The position numbers and the translations under genes were made by a program. Below, piece after piece: positions 1-10,597 of a stretch of 64,000 bases of DNA; position 1 is the first letter of the stretch, and every line of letters starts with the position of its first letter. This stretch comes from an uncultured Gammaproteobacteria bacterium. GTDB taxonomy: Bacteria; Pseudomonadota; Gammaproteobacteria; Steroidobacterales; BM003. The notes below the pieces were generated by a model. That model saw only the letters and a list, made by a program, of their open reading frames with translations. It was not told the origin of the DNA and did not search any database. The DNA lies in NCBI GenBank assembly GCA_963823435.1, contig CAWGLN010000006.1, positions 69-64,068 of the forward strand, written 5' to 3'.

Positions 1-51
1 TATAATCCGAGCTTGGAAAAATGCATGGCCTGTTCCGGGCGGGAGGATTTG

Positions 52-596
52 ATGTTTCAGAAAGCTTTTTTGGCGCTCGTCGCGTCGCTGGTAACAATCG
101 CTGCGGCCTACGCCCAGGCGCCTGCATCCCTGGCCGCAAGCCTGAATGTACAGGTGTTTCCCAAGGCCGGGCAGGATGCCGCTCAGCAGTCCAAGGATGA
201 AGCCGAATGTTACGACTGGGCAGTGACCAACTCCGGTGTCGATCCATTCCACTTGCAGAAAAAGGAGGCCGGCAGACTCAGCAGGCGCAACAGGCCAGCG
301 AGCAGGTTGCTGCGTCAGGACAGGGCGCCGGGGCCAAGGGAGCCGTGCGTGGCGCTGTGGCCGGTGCCGTGATTGGCGAAATTGCTGACGATGATGCCGG
401 CAAGGGTGCGGCTTACGGCGCCGCTGCCGGGGTGGTGGCGGGACGGCGTGGCGCTCGTAAAGCCCAGGAGGAAGCCCAGGCCGATATCAGCCAGCAGCAA
501 CAGCAGGCGACCCAGGCTACCGCGGAAGAAATGACCAATTTCAAGAATGCCTTTGGCGCCTGTCTGGAAGCCAAGGACTACATCGCGAAGTACTAG
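52..596 (+). CDS. Secreted glycine-zipper (YMGG-like) protein, one frameshift near 265
   Basis: GGGAGG RBS before ATG 52; signal peptide MFQKAFLALVASLVTIAAAYA; QQSKDEAECYDWA motif; Gly zipper GAVRGAVAGAVIG...GAAYGAAAG; C-terminal AFGACLEAKDY; joins ORFs 13..372 and 207..596. Confidence 0.7.
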
Positions 597-606
597 AGTC
601 GTCAGT

Positions 607-634
607 GGACCGGCCGGGCTTGCCCGGCCGGTCC
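607..634. terminator. Perfect 13-bp inverted repeat between convergent genes, probable bidirectional terminator
   Basis: ggaccggccgggc-tt-gcccggccggtcc between the stops at 596 and 644. Confidence 0.6.
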
Positions 635-643
635 CAATATCCG

Positions 644-1476
644 CTACGGCTTGCCGGATGTGACGCGATCTCGCCTGCCCAGACCCGCAAGTGCGAGAAC
701 TCCAAGCGTCAGCCAGCCCATGGATCCGCCACCACCCTCTACCAGGATCACTTCCGGCGGGGCGCTCACCGGCGTGTCGTACTGGATGTCCTCCAGGGGG
801 AGGTAGGCCAGATCCGCCCATTCGGGACCCAGGTCAGCCACCAGGTAGCCGGTGTAGGCGTCGTAGATCTCGATCAGAAGATCATAGTCGCCGGTGGGAT
901 AGCCGCTGGCCAGGGTAGTCTCGATCACGTACACATCATCGGGGCTGTCGGCATAGATGGTGAAGTCGTAGGTATAGGCGAATTCGTTCCAGGGTCCGCC
1001 TTCGTAGCTCAAATACACCACGGCAAACACATCGGCCACGCTGTAATAGGTGTCGGTATCGAAAGTCAGGCGGAAATCCGTGTAATAACCGTCACGGTCC
1101 TGGTCGTAGGACAGTTCGACCCAGGCGTCGTAAATCCAGAAATCGACATTGACAGCCTGGGCGATCAGCGCCGATGGCGTGCCTGACTTGCGGGTCGCGC
1201 GTCGGCCCTCGGAGCTGCTACCTCGTGTGCCGGCAAGCAGTGGCGCATAGCTGAACTGACGTTGCTGTTGGGCCACAGGGTTGCTGCATCGGATTGCAGA
1301 AATCCGACACTGGCGCTTTCACGAGGCGCGCCAGACGCGGCCACCGTAACAGCAGGTTGGGCGGCCAGGACGGGTCCGCCCAGGCTGCACAGTGCGAGTG
1401 TAAACCCGACGGCGATCCGTCTTGCCAGACCGGGGATTGATTCGAACTTTCGGCGGGTAAAATTTCGTGTTGTCAT
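644..1476 (-). CDS. Choice-of-anchor H-like secreted protein with GlyGly-CTERM sorting signal (frameshift near 1275)
   Basis: Signal peptide in ORF 1165..1632; Asp/Tyr-rich domain YDQDRDGYYTDFRLTFDTD...GYPTGDYDLLIEIYD; C-terminus EGGGGSMGWLTLGVLALAGLGRR (Gly run, TM helix, basic tail). Confidence 0.75.
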
Positions 1477-1533
1477 CGTCCTGTCCTCTTGCCACTTTAA
1501 TTCCTGTGTCAGGTTCATTAAAGACCAGGCATG

Positions 1534-1550
1534 CTGAATCAGAACTGAAT
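1534..1550 (-). promoter_or_regulatory. ATTCAG-N5-ATTCAG direct repeat with 11-bp period, possible OmpR-family regulator site
   Basis: Plus strand ctgaat-cagaa-ctgaat, about 60 bp upstream of ATG 1476, followed on the minus strand by a TTTAAT -10-like hexamer. Confidence 0.35.
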
Positions 1551-1580
1551 GGGGATCGGGGGCAACCATTGTATTACCTG

Positions 1581-1618
1581 AAAAGGAAAAGGCCGGAACC
1601 CTGGGCAGGTTCCGGCCT
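1581..1618 (-). terminator. Rho-independent terminator after the COG2403-like gene
   Basis: aggccggaacc...ggttccggcct stem followed by TTTTCCTTTT on the minus strand. Confidence 0.7.
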
Positions 1619-1650
1619 CGTATCCAGGGCACTGACTGCTTATGATTCGC

Positions 1651-2975
1651 CTATGCGGCGTGTTCCTTACCAGGGTGCAGGGCCAGCTGTTCCACCGCCT
1701 CGACCAGGGCGTTGCCTTCTTCTGCCAGGCGATAGCTGACTCGAAGGGAAGGCTTGTCGATGTCGATGATGCGGGCCAGGCTGATGGGTGTGCCGATCAG
1801 CACCAGGTCACACTCCACCGTATTGATGGTGGTCTCCAGATCCATTACCTGCCGATCACCGTAACCCATGGCCGGCAGCAGCGCGCCGATGTCGGGATAT
1901 TTCTGGAAGGTCTCGGCGATTTCGCCCACCGCCCAGGGTCGCGGATCGACCAGTTCTGCTGCGCCATACAACTTCGCAGCCACCACCGCGGCGCCAATTG
2001 CATACCGCCATGGGTCAGGGTTGGACCATCTTCCACTGCCAGCACTTTCTTGCCCGGATAAATCGAGCTGGGGACGCTCAGCGGTGAGCGGGCGCGTACG
2101 AACTGTGGCCTTGGGGTTCAGCTTCTTTGCGCTTGCCTCGATGGCGGCGATCCCCTCAGGCTCGGCGGAATCGATCTTGTTAATGATGATCATGTCGGCG
2201 CGCCTGAAGTTTTCGATACCCGGGAAATACTTCAACTCATGACCGGCCCGGTGTGGATCAGGTTACGTGATCCACAGGTCGGGCTTGTAGAAAGGCGTGT
2301 CGTTATTGCCGCCGTCCCAGATCACGACGTCTGCTTCTTTCTCCGCCTGGTCAAGGATGGCCTGGTAATCCACGCCGGCGAAGACCACGAAACCGTTTTG
2401 ATATGTGGCTCGATTCCTCGCGTTCCTCGATCGTGCACTCGTAGAAGTCAAGGTCTTCCGACAGGTGGCAAAGCGTTGCACGGCCTGGGCCGCCAGCTTG
2501 CCATAGGGCATGGGGTGACGAACCACCACCACTTTTTTCCCGGCTGCTTTCAGAATATCCATCACCCGACGGAGATCTGGCTTTGCCGCAGCCTGTACGG
2601 GTGGCGCACTGCAATCACCGGCTTGGTCGAGGGCAACATGGTCGCATCCACGTCATAGGTGGAGAACTTCACACCGTGAGACTCGACCAGTTCTTGCGCT
2701 CTTCCACATAGTCCAGGGTCACGTCGGAGTAGGCGAACACGACCTCGTCCACGTCCTCTTCCTGTAGCAGTTGGTCCAGTCCCTCTTCCGGTACGATGGG
2801 GATGCCGTCAGGGTACAGGTTACCGGCCAGGAGGGTGGGGATCAGTGACGATCGTCAATGTGCGGGATCTGCGTGGCGGTGAAGGCGAGCACGTCGAATT
2901 GCGAACTTGTCCCGGTAGCAGGGATTAAACACATGAAAATCGCGGCCGGCCGCACCATCGTACAATTCTATGACT
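1651..2975 (-). CDS. COG2403 P-loop enzyme (cyclic 2,3-diphosphoglycerate synthetase-like / arginine synthetase-like), heavily frameshifted
   Basis: Fragments GAAGRDFHVFN, TRTGCGK, VVVRHPMPYGKLAAQAVQRFA, VFAGVDY, WDGGNNDTPFYKPD, INKIDSA, VEDGPTLTHGGM, LPAMGY spread over several ORFs. Confidence 0.75.
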
Positions 2976-3189
2976 CCAGGCGTGATCGAGCTCCACGGGG
3001 TGTATTTTGAAAGGAACGCGAGCTGACCGAGCAAGGACAAAGCCGCTCGCGTCTCAAAGATTGTGCTGAGCGATCCAAGCGGAGGTCTGTTGAATTTAAC
3101 GGCCGATTTCGCCGTCTGTAGTCCAAAAAACACCCCGCCCAAAGCCCTTCCTGGGCCCTCTCGCCTGTCCCATACGCCCCGGGGATCTA

Positions 3190-3592
3190 TTCCTCGTGAA
3201 ATTGACCAGCGCGATCAGAATTTCAGTGGTCATGTCGCTGAACACCCATGCCACTTGGGCAGCGCTGCATTCTGCTAATGTGACCTGGTACCAGACTGAT
3301 CACAACGGGCATCCCGGGTGCTTGCTCCTACCCCGGCGGAGATCCACCCGCCAGTCTCCAGACTGACCAGTCGGGAAATCGTGCCCATACCACTCCCAGC
3401 CGCCCTTGAAGACGAGCTGCTGCTGCTGGCAAGGCGCATACCCACTGAGGCATCGGCGGAGCTCGGCGTCGGGAGATGGGGAAGCCCGCTGCATCGATAA
3501 CTTTCTGGGCGGCAGCCGGGATGTCATTACCGGCACCAGCCCGCGAGCACCCAGAGCACGACGTTGCGCAAACAGAGCTCAAATCTTCATGA
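3190..3592 (-). CDS. Small putative secreted hypothetical protein, fragmented
   Basis: GAAGGGG RBS-like sequence and ATG near 3591; fragments NDIPAAAQKVIDAAGFP, EWY, RFPDW, MTTEILIAL in shifting frames. Confidence 0.3.
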
Positions 3593-3699
3593 CACGCCCC
3601 TTCATAAGCAACTGGCTATTGCATCTTTATAGTACATACGGCTCGACCCCGCAGGCATGACTCATATACATCTGCGCAGGACCGCAGAAGGCTGAAACG

Positions 3700-4960
3700 T
3701 CATGTCTCCTTGCCACCCTGCTCGCGCAGCGGTCTAATGGCCCCTACCTTCGTCTTCTGGCACACCGCGGCGGTGAAGACCACGTCGGTGGAACTGTTCA
3801 GGGCGGTCTCGGCCGAGTCCCGCACACGCCGATCACAAAGCCTACAGCCACCACCTGCATGGCCACGTCGTTCGGGATGAACGAACAGGCTGCAACTCGA
3901 ACGGATCAGCAGCAGGGAACCACCGGCCACGCCGGAGGCGCCACAGGCCGACAGGGCCGCCACCACCGACAACAGCAAGGCGGTCGGGAAGTCCACCTGG
4001 ACGCCCAGGGTGTGGCGGCCGCCGCCAGCAGCTATGGGCGATCGCCGTGCTGCCCATGTTGATGGTGGCGCCCAGGGAGCTAAACCGCATAAGGTGTTCC
4101 GGTCCAGACCCAGTTTTTCGCACAGGGCCAGAGGCACTGTTCACTTGGGATGTCGCGGCGGACTGTGCGTGAAGAAGGCAGTGACCCCGCTTGCGCAGGC
4201 TGGTGAACACGATGGGGTAGGGATTGCGCCGGGTGCGCATCCAAGACAATCAGGGGATTGATCACCAGCGCCGCCAGCATGCAGCCATCTATACAATTAC
4301 ACCAGGACGGGCGTAGCCTTCCAGGGCCGACAGGCCGAACTGCGCGAGGTCGCCGCTCACCAGACGAAGATACCCAGCGGTGCAAGCCGAATGATCTCAC
4401 CTCTACGATCGCCGTCACGGCCGCGGCCATCTCGTCAGCATGATTGCATGGCCGCGGAGGCGTGACGCATGCCCGAACTCCGTACCCGCCATACCCTCAG
4501 CCTCACGCTGATGAAACTGCTGCTTGCGATGGCGCTGACCGGGTTACGACCTCGAACAGCAGGTTCTCGAGCACGGATGACGCCCTGGCGGCGACATTCC
4601 TCATCCCGCCCGACCGTCAGCAGCACAAGATCTGTCGGGAACAGGCTGCTGACCACCACCGCCAGCAAGGCCGCGCTGGAGGTTGCCGCCATGGACAGGC
4701 CGACGAACGGGTCGCAGGCGGGGCCGTTGCCGATTTCCTGTTGGCCATGGGCTGAGGCCACGAGTACCAGCACAAGGATCGGGGCGACCGCCTTGAGGGC
4801 CTGCACAAACAAGTGACCCAGCAACATCGCCCGCCTGAGGCGCCGGCTCCGGCCAACCAACGCCAGTACAGACCCGCCACTGATACCCACGGCAAATCGG
4901 CTATGAAGTGTGCCGCTGCGGGCCAGTTTTCTCGATTTATGCGTATTTGGGAGGTCTACC
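3700..4960 (-). CDS. sstT: Serine/threonine:Na+ symporter SstT (DAACS family), heavily frameshifted
   Basis: LFVQALKAVAPILVLVLV, RRNPYPIVF, LCEKLGLD, LGATINMG, ACGASGVAGGSLLLI, DSAETALNSSTDVVFTAA. Confidence 0.8.
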
Positions 4961-5166
4961 TGCAAAATTTCGCAATAAATCGGGATGTTGACCCTATAAA
5001 TGCAAGGTCTGGCCGATTCGCCGCGAGATGGCCTTCAGCGGTAGGGCGAGGTAGGTTTTCCCTGCATGGGTCTCCCGCGCGGCCGCAGAGTTGTGAGCTT
5101 GCCAGGCCTTTGAGTGATAGCGTCTGTGTATATACTCATGCTTCTTACAGATGGAGATCGACGAAC

Positions 5167-5923
5167 ATGGCAGGAGTCGAAGGCAGGGTGGCATTGGTCA
5201 CCGGAGCGGGTCGGGGCATAGGCAGGGCAACCGCATTGTTGCTGGCATCCCGCGGCGCCCGGGTGATGTGCGTATCGCGCAACCGCGAGGAATTGGAGGC
5301 GACCGGCCTGGACTACACGGTGGCGGACCTGGGCACCGTTGAGGGCTGTGAGCTGGCGGTCACTGAGACCGCCCGTCGCCTGGGTCCGGTTCAGATCCTG
5401 GTGTGCAACCACGGTCTTGGATCGGCACACGAGAAAGTGCTCTGGGAACAGACCCAGGAAGTCTGGGACCAGAGCATGCGGATCAACCTGGACGGTCCGT
5501 TTCATTTATCCCGCCTGCTGATGCCGGCCATGATCGCAGGTCGGTTACGGACGACTGGTCTACACCAGTTCCACCGCCGCCCAGATCGCCGAGCATGCCG
5601 GCTGCGCCTACAACGCCTCCAAGGCCGGCCTGCTGGCGCTCATGCGTTCGGCGGCGACCGATGGCGGGGCCCATGGTATTACCGCCAATGCCGTGCTGCC
5701 CGGCTGGGTGCGCACCGAGATGGCCGAGCGCTCGGCCCTGGCGGAAGCGCAACAACGTGGCATCACGACCGACCAGGTGTGGCAGGAACGCGCGGCGCTG
5801 TATCCGCCGAAACGGGTTGCCACCCCGGAAGAGGTGGCCCACATGATCGCCTTCCTGGCCTCGGAGGAATCCAGCGGAGTGAGTGGCGAGTCCATACGCG
5901 TGGCCCTGGGCAGCCACTGGTAG
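5167..5923 (+). CDS. SDR family oxidoreductase (frameshift near 5545)
   Basis: TGAGRGIG motif; YNASK (tacaacgcctccaag) catalytic motif; NAVLPGWVRTEM. Confidence 0.9.
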
Positions 5924-5939
5924 GGTCACTGTTGGTAAT

Positions 5940-5967
5940 GGGGCCGGAGACAACTGCATCCGGCCCC
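5940..5967. terminator. Hairpin between convergent genes
   Basis: ggggccgga-N10-tccggcccc. Confidence 0.5.
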
Positions 5968-5979
5968 TTATTCTTCCTG

Positions 5980-6453
5980 TTACTCTACCGCTGTCTGGCT
6001 GGTACCACTGCCGCCCATTACCGGCGACCAGTGGGAAGCACGGATTTTCCACTTGCCGTCTTCCTTCACGAACACCTGGGTGGCTCGGGTGAAGTAATGA
6101 TCCACCGCCGCGGAGCCCTTGGGCTTCCAGGACCCTTCTGAGTAAAACATGGCCACGGCCGCCTGGCCGGGCACCAGGGTAACTACCTGGATGTGTTTCA
6201 CGCTCAGGTTGAAGCTGTCGTACTCGCTGGGACTGCCGCCATTACCCAACTCCTGGACCAGGCCGCCACTGGACCAGAATTCCAGGGCGCCATGCTTTGA
6301 GTAGGTGTCGGCTTCGTCCTTCAGATTCTTTCTCGAGTAGGCGTTTCCATCCATGATCAACTTGGTGATCTCTTTTTCGGTGGCGGGATCTGCCTGGGCC
6401 AGGGCGCTGACCAGGAAGACTGTTGCTAGTAATAGTCCGAGTATTTTTTTCAT
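5980..6453 (-). CDS. Secreted NTF2-like / DUF4440 (SnoaL-like) protein
   Basis: Signal peptide ending AQA; RATQVFVKEDGKWKIRASHWS C-terminal NTF2 motif. Confidence 0.75.
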   Translation of the reverse strand: MKKILGLLLATVFLVSALAQADPATEKEITKLIMDGNAYSRKNLKDEADTYSKHGALEFWSSGGLVQELGNGGSPSEYDSFNLSVKHIQVVTLVPGQAAVAMFYSEGSWKPKGSAAVDHYFTRATQVFVKEDGKWKIRASHWSPVMGGSGTSQTAVE

Positions 6454-6693
6454 TTTTCTTATCCTTGGTTGTTTGCGTAGCTTGTCATTCCAAGGGAAAC
6501 GCGCTTGCTTCCCTTGAGATCCCGGTCACGCTACGCTCACTACCCGGAATGGTCAAATCAGTGCTGCGCTGCGGAATCGGTATTCCAATCCGCACATCCG
6601 TCCCTTGTGATTTCAGGCAGGCCCCGCCCCGGGTGTAAGTAACGCCTCGTCTCCTGTTATGCTCCGCAAAATCCAAATCAGGGTGCAAGGGAC

Positions 6694-7624
6694 ATGCAGT
6701 CCATCATTTCGGTGCGCGATCTGTCGGCAAGGTCTACGAAGGCGGTTTCCAGGCGCTCAAGAACGTCAGCCTGGAAATCCGGCGTGGCGAGATCTTCGCC
6801 CTGCTGGGTCCCAATGGCGCCGGCAAGACCACCCTGATCAGTATCATCTGCGGTATCGTCAATCCCGGGTCGCGGCCAGGTGTTGGCCGATGGTCATGAC
6901 ATCGTCACGCAGTTCCGGGAGGCGCGCTCGCGCATCGGCCTGGTGCCCCAGGAATTGACCACTGATTCTTTCGAAACCGTCTGGAATACAGTCAACTTCA
7001 GTCGCGGACTGTTTGGCAAGGCGCCGAATCCGGCGCACCTGGAGTCAGTGCTGAGAGAGCTGTCACTGTGGGACAAGCGGGATACCCGCATCATGAAATT
7101 ATCCGGCGGAATGAAACGCCGGGTGATGATCGCCAAGGCGCTGGCGCATGAACCACAGATCCTTTTCCTGGATGAGCCCACCGCGGGAGTGGATGTGGAG
7201 TTGCGTCAGGATATGTGGAATATGGTGCGGCGTCTGCGCGAAAGCGGTGTGACCATTATCCTCACGACCCATTACATCGAGGAAGCGGAGGAAATGGCCG
7301 ACAGGATCGGCGTCATCCACAAGGGCGAGATCATCGTGGTGGAGGACAAGGACGTGTTGATGAAGAAGCTGGGCAAGAAGCAGCTGACCCTGCAATTGCA
7401 GACCCCGCTTGTCCGAGATCCCGCCGAGTTGGCGGCCTATCCGCTGGAACTGTCTGCCGATGGCGCCCAGCTGGTGTATACCTTTCGATGCCCAGGGTGA
7501 CCGCACGGGCATTGCCGGTCTGTTGCGGCGCCTGGGCGAACATGGCATCGATTTCAAGGACCTGCATACCAGCGAGAGTTCCCTGGAGGACATTTTCGTC
7601 AGCCTGGTGAGGTCGCGCGCATGA
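6694..7624 (+). CDS. ABC transporter ATP-binding protein (YadG-like), frameshifted
   Basis: Walker A GPNGAGKT at about 6806, LSGGMKRR signature, LDEPT Walker B, LTTHY H-loop. Confidence 0.9.
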
Positions 7625-8383
7625 ACCTCTACGCATCCGCGCCATCTACCTGTTCGAAATGCACCGCGCCTGGCGCACCCTGATGCAGAGTCTTGCCACG
7701 CCGGTAATCTCCACTTCGCTTGTATTTCGTGGTGTTCGGCTCGGCCATCGGTTCGCGCATGGCGCAGGTGGACGGCGTCAGTTACGGCGCCTTCATTATT
7801 CCCGGCCTGGTGATGCTGGCCTTGCTTACCGAGAGTGTCTCCAATGCGTCCTTCGGTATTTATATGCCACGTTACAATGGCACCATCTACGAGGTGCTGT
7901 CGGCGCCCATCTCGTTCGTGGAAATCGTGATCGGCTACGTGGGCGCGGCGGCCAGCAAGTCCATGGTACTGGGCTTCGTGATACTGCTTACCGCAAGTCT
8001 GTTCGTGGATTATGACATCGAGCATCCGGTGTGGATGGTGGGATTCCTGGTGCTCACGGCGGTGACATTCTGCCTGTTTCGGCTTTGTGATCGGCATCTG
8101 GGCCGATACCTGGGAGAAACTGCAGGTCGTGCCGATCCTGATCGTCACGCCGCTGGCCTTTCTTGGCGGCAGCTTTTACTCCATCAGCATCCTGCCGCCG
8201 CTGTGGCAGAAGATCACCCTGTTCAACCCGGTGGTCTACCTGATCAGCGGTTTCCGCTGGAGCTTTTACGGGGTGTCCGATGTCAGTCCGGCCATCAGCC
8301 TGGGCATGACCATGATGTTCATGCTGCTGTGCCTGGTGACCATCGCCTGGATTTTCAAGACCGGCTATCGTCTGAAAACCTAG
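7621..8383 (+). CDS. ABC-2 type permease (YadH-like), frameshifted
   Basis: ATGA overlap with the ATPase; [36 protein letters not shown]. Confidence 0.9.
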
Positions 8384-8433
8384 CTTTTTCACGTCTGCCA
8401 CCGTAGGTTTGGCGTAGGCATCGATTACATACT

Positions 8434-8841
8434 ATGGACAGGAATATGAAGGCAATCGGAGAATTTGAGGTCAATTTGCGAGCGCTGGACGCCTACGCAC
8501 GCGGCAAGGAAGGCATCAAGCTCGGTCGCATGTCGATAGACAAGACCTTCCGCGGAGACCTCATGGGAACCAGCATTGGCGAGATGCTCAGCGCCATGAC
8601 CACGGTAAAGGGCTCCGCAGGCTATGTGGCGATCGAACAAGTCAGTGGAAGCCTGGCTGGAAAGAAGGGCAACTTCGTACTCCAGCATTTCGGGACCATG
8701 GACAAGGGCGTCAGTAACCTGGTTCTGGAGGTGGTGCCGGATTCCGGGTCCGGCCAGTTGGCGGGATTGTCCGGAACAATGACTATCAAGATCGATGAAG
8801 GAAGACACTATTACGAATTTGATTATGAACTGGCGGATTGA
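8434..8841 (+). CDS. DUF3224 family protein
   Basis: KTFRGDLMGTS, GSAGYVAIEQVSGSLAGKKGNFVLQH, VVPDSGSGQLAGLSG. Confidence 0.8.
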   Translation: MDRNMKAIGEFEVNLRALDAYARGKEGIKLGRMSIDKTFRGDLMGTSIGEMLSAMTTVKGSAGYVAIEQVSGSLAGKKGNFVLQHFGTMDKGVSNLVLEVVPDSGSGQLAGLSGTMTIKIDEGRHYYEFDYELAD

Positions 8842-8923
8842 ATCGGGGAGGGTAGCGGCTTGTACGAGGGACGAGCTCCAATCGATCACCTGAAGCCGTT
8901 GTCATGCTCTTGCGTCACGCAGT

Positions 8924-9346
8924 ATGATACGCGGCATGGCTAGTCCCTCGAAGCGTGTGTCGACCCCGAAAGCGAAGCGGTCTTCCGCACCGAAATCAAA
9001 GCCGCCAAAATCCTCCGCGAAACCATCCCTTCGTTTCTACCATTCCGTCCCGCTGCGTAAGCGAACGCTCGATTTGCTGGATACTGTCGAGCAGGCGGAA
9101 GATGCGACTGCGCACCGTGATGCCCTGTCGGAGCTGGTGATGGAGTTGACCCGAAGTGGCTTCGACGCCTACTTCTTGCAGCCGCTTAAACAGGCCAGGG
9201 CAGGCTTCATCCTGGAACAGACCGCGAGCCTCGGGCTGGCAGGTGCGCAGCAGATGATGGGTCCGGTCATTCGGCAAATGATCGGGCGTATGAACGGCCC
9301 GCAGCTGTTATCGGTATGCAGCTCGATCCGACAATTAATGCTGTAG
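8924..9346 (+). CDS. Hypothetical protein
   Basis: Intact 140-aa ORF in line with neighbours; basic low-complexity N-terminus. Confidence 0.6.
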   Translation: MIRGMASPSKRVSTPKAKRSSAPKSKPPKSSAKPSLRFYHSVPLRKRTLDLLDTVEQAEDATAHRDALSELVMELTRSGFDAYFLQPLKQARAGFILEQTASLGLAGAQQMMGPVIRQMIGRMNGPQLLSVCSSIRQLML

Positions 9347-9413
9347 ACTGCCTGGGAACGGCTGCTTGTATCACCACCAGACAGTCGTTTTTTCACATTG
9401 ACAGGAGTTCAAC

Positions 9414-9629
9414 ATGGCACAGGGTTCAATATTTTCGATGAAAATTATTGGTGTCGCGCTCGTGATTCTCGGCCTCGGCCTGGCCTATTGGGGTTATCAA
9501 CTGTCTGATTCGGTTGAGTCACAAATAACCCAGGCCTTTACAGGCTCAGATACAGATAAGGTAATGACCTTCTACATCGGCGGTGCAGTCAGTTTTTTTG
9601 TCGGCTTGTTTCTGTTCGCGAGAAAGTAG
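9414..9629 (+). CDS. DUF3185-like small membrane protein
   Basis: AGGAG RBS; two TM helices flanking SVESQITQAFTGSDTDK. Confidence 0.7.
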   Translation: MAQGSIFSMKIIGVALVILGLGLAYWGYQLSDSVESQITQAFTGSDTDKVMTFYIGGAVSFFVGLFLFARK

Positions 9630-9683
9630 AATCACAGGTGCTGCAGCTTTGCTATCCCATCAGCATTGTGAGAAGTGACGGGC

Positions 9684-10043
9684 ATGGCCTCCGACCAGGA
9701 CTTTGTCGACTATCTGCTTGAGCAAATCCGGGGTGCCGGCGCCATCGGCTACCGGAAAATGTTTGGTGAATACGCGCTGTATTGTGACGGCAAGGTGGTC
9801 GCGCTGGTCTGCGATAACCAGCTATTCATAAAGCCGACGCAAGCAGGAAGGTCGTTTATTGGTGATGTGGTCGAGGCCCCCGCTTATCCTGGCGCCAAAC
9901 CCTCCTTTCTGATTGACGAGAAAATCGAAGATGGAGAATGGATAAGCGAACTGGTGAAAATCACGGCAAGGGAGCTCCCGCCTCCCAGGCCCAAGAAGAA
10001 GCGCAAGGCGAAAAGCAAAAAGAAGACCGGTAAGAAGTCTTAA
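9684..10043 (+). CDS. TfoX/Sxy N-terminal domain protein
   Basis: RKMFGEYALYCDGKVVALVCDNQLFIK...APAYPGAK. Confidence 0.85.
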   Translation: MASDQDFVDYLLEQIRGAGAIGYRKMFGEYALYCDGKVVALVCDNQLFIKPTQAGRSFIGDVVEAPAYPGAKPSFLIDEKIEDGEWISELVKITARELPPPRPKKKRKAKSKKKTGKKS

Positions 10044-10140
10044 CGAGCATCTATGGATCCAATTGCCGGTTCGTGAATCCCGATGCGCGAAGCGTATAAT
10101 GTTCCCAGGGTAGAACACGGCATACATAGGGAAGATCAGG

Positions 10141-10539
10141 ATGGAATTCAAGGAAAGGCCTGCCGGCGGTGGCAGGAGTATTCTGGGCTCGGTAGCCACG
10201 ATTGCGGGTGTCGTCTTGATTTTCGCCATCGGCGTGGTGCTCTGGCACCTGCCCGGTTGGGTGGTGACGCTGTACCTGGTCGCCAGCGCGGTGACCTTTA
10301 TCCTGTACGCCATGGATAAATCGGCGGCTGGAAAAGACGGACGCAGGACCCCGGAAAGCACCCTGCACCTGCTGTCCTTGCTCGGGGGTTGGCCCGGGGC
10401 CCTGATTGCCCAACGTCTTCTGAATCATAAATCGACCAAGGCCTCATTTCAGATGATGTTCTGGATCACCGTGGCGCTCAACTGCGTCGCGTTCTTCGGG
10501 CTTTTCAGGAACACTGCCGGCAAGTTGTTGGGATACTGA
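10141..10539 (+). CDS. DUF1294 domain membrane protein
   Basis: YAMDKSAA...RRTPESTLHLLSLLGGWPGA...HKSTK. Confidence 0.85.
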   Translation: MEFKERPAGGGRSILGSVATIAGVVLIFAIGVVLWHLPGWVVTLYLVASAVTFILYAMDKSAAGKDGRRTPESTLHLLSLLGGWPGALIAQRLLNHKSTKASFQMMFWITVALNCVAFFGLFRNTAGKLLGY

Positions 10540-10597
10540 TTCTGGGAACGCATGTTGTACAGTGCGAGAAAGATCATAAGGACCTGGAGAACACCCA

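Noticed and set aside
1651-5000. Massive pseudogenisation of the COG2403 gene and sstT
   Set aside because: Indels occur window-wide, including in conserved genes, and are densest here. This fits low-coverage long-read error better than decay; reads are needed to decide.
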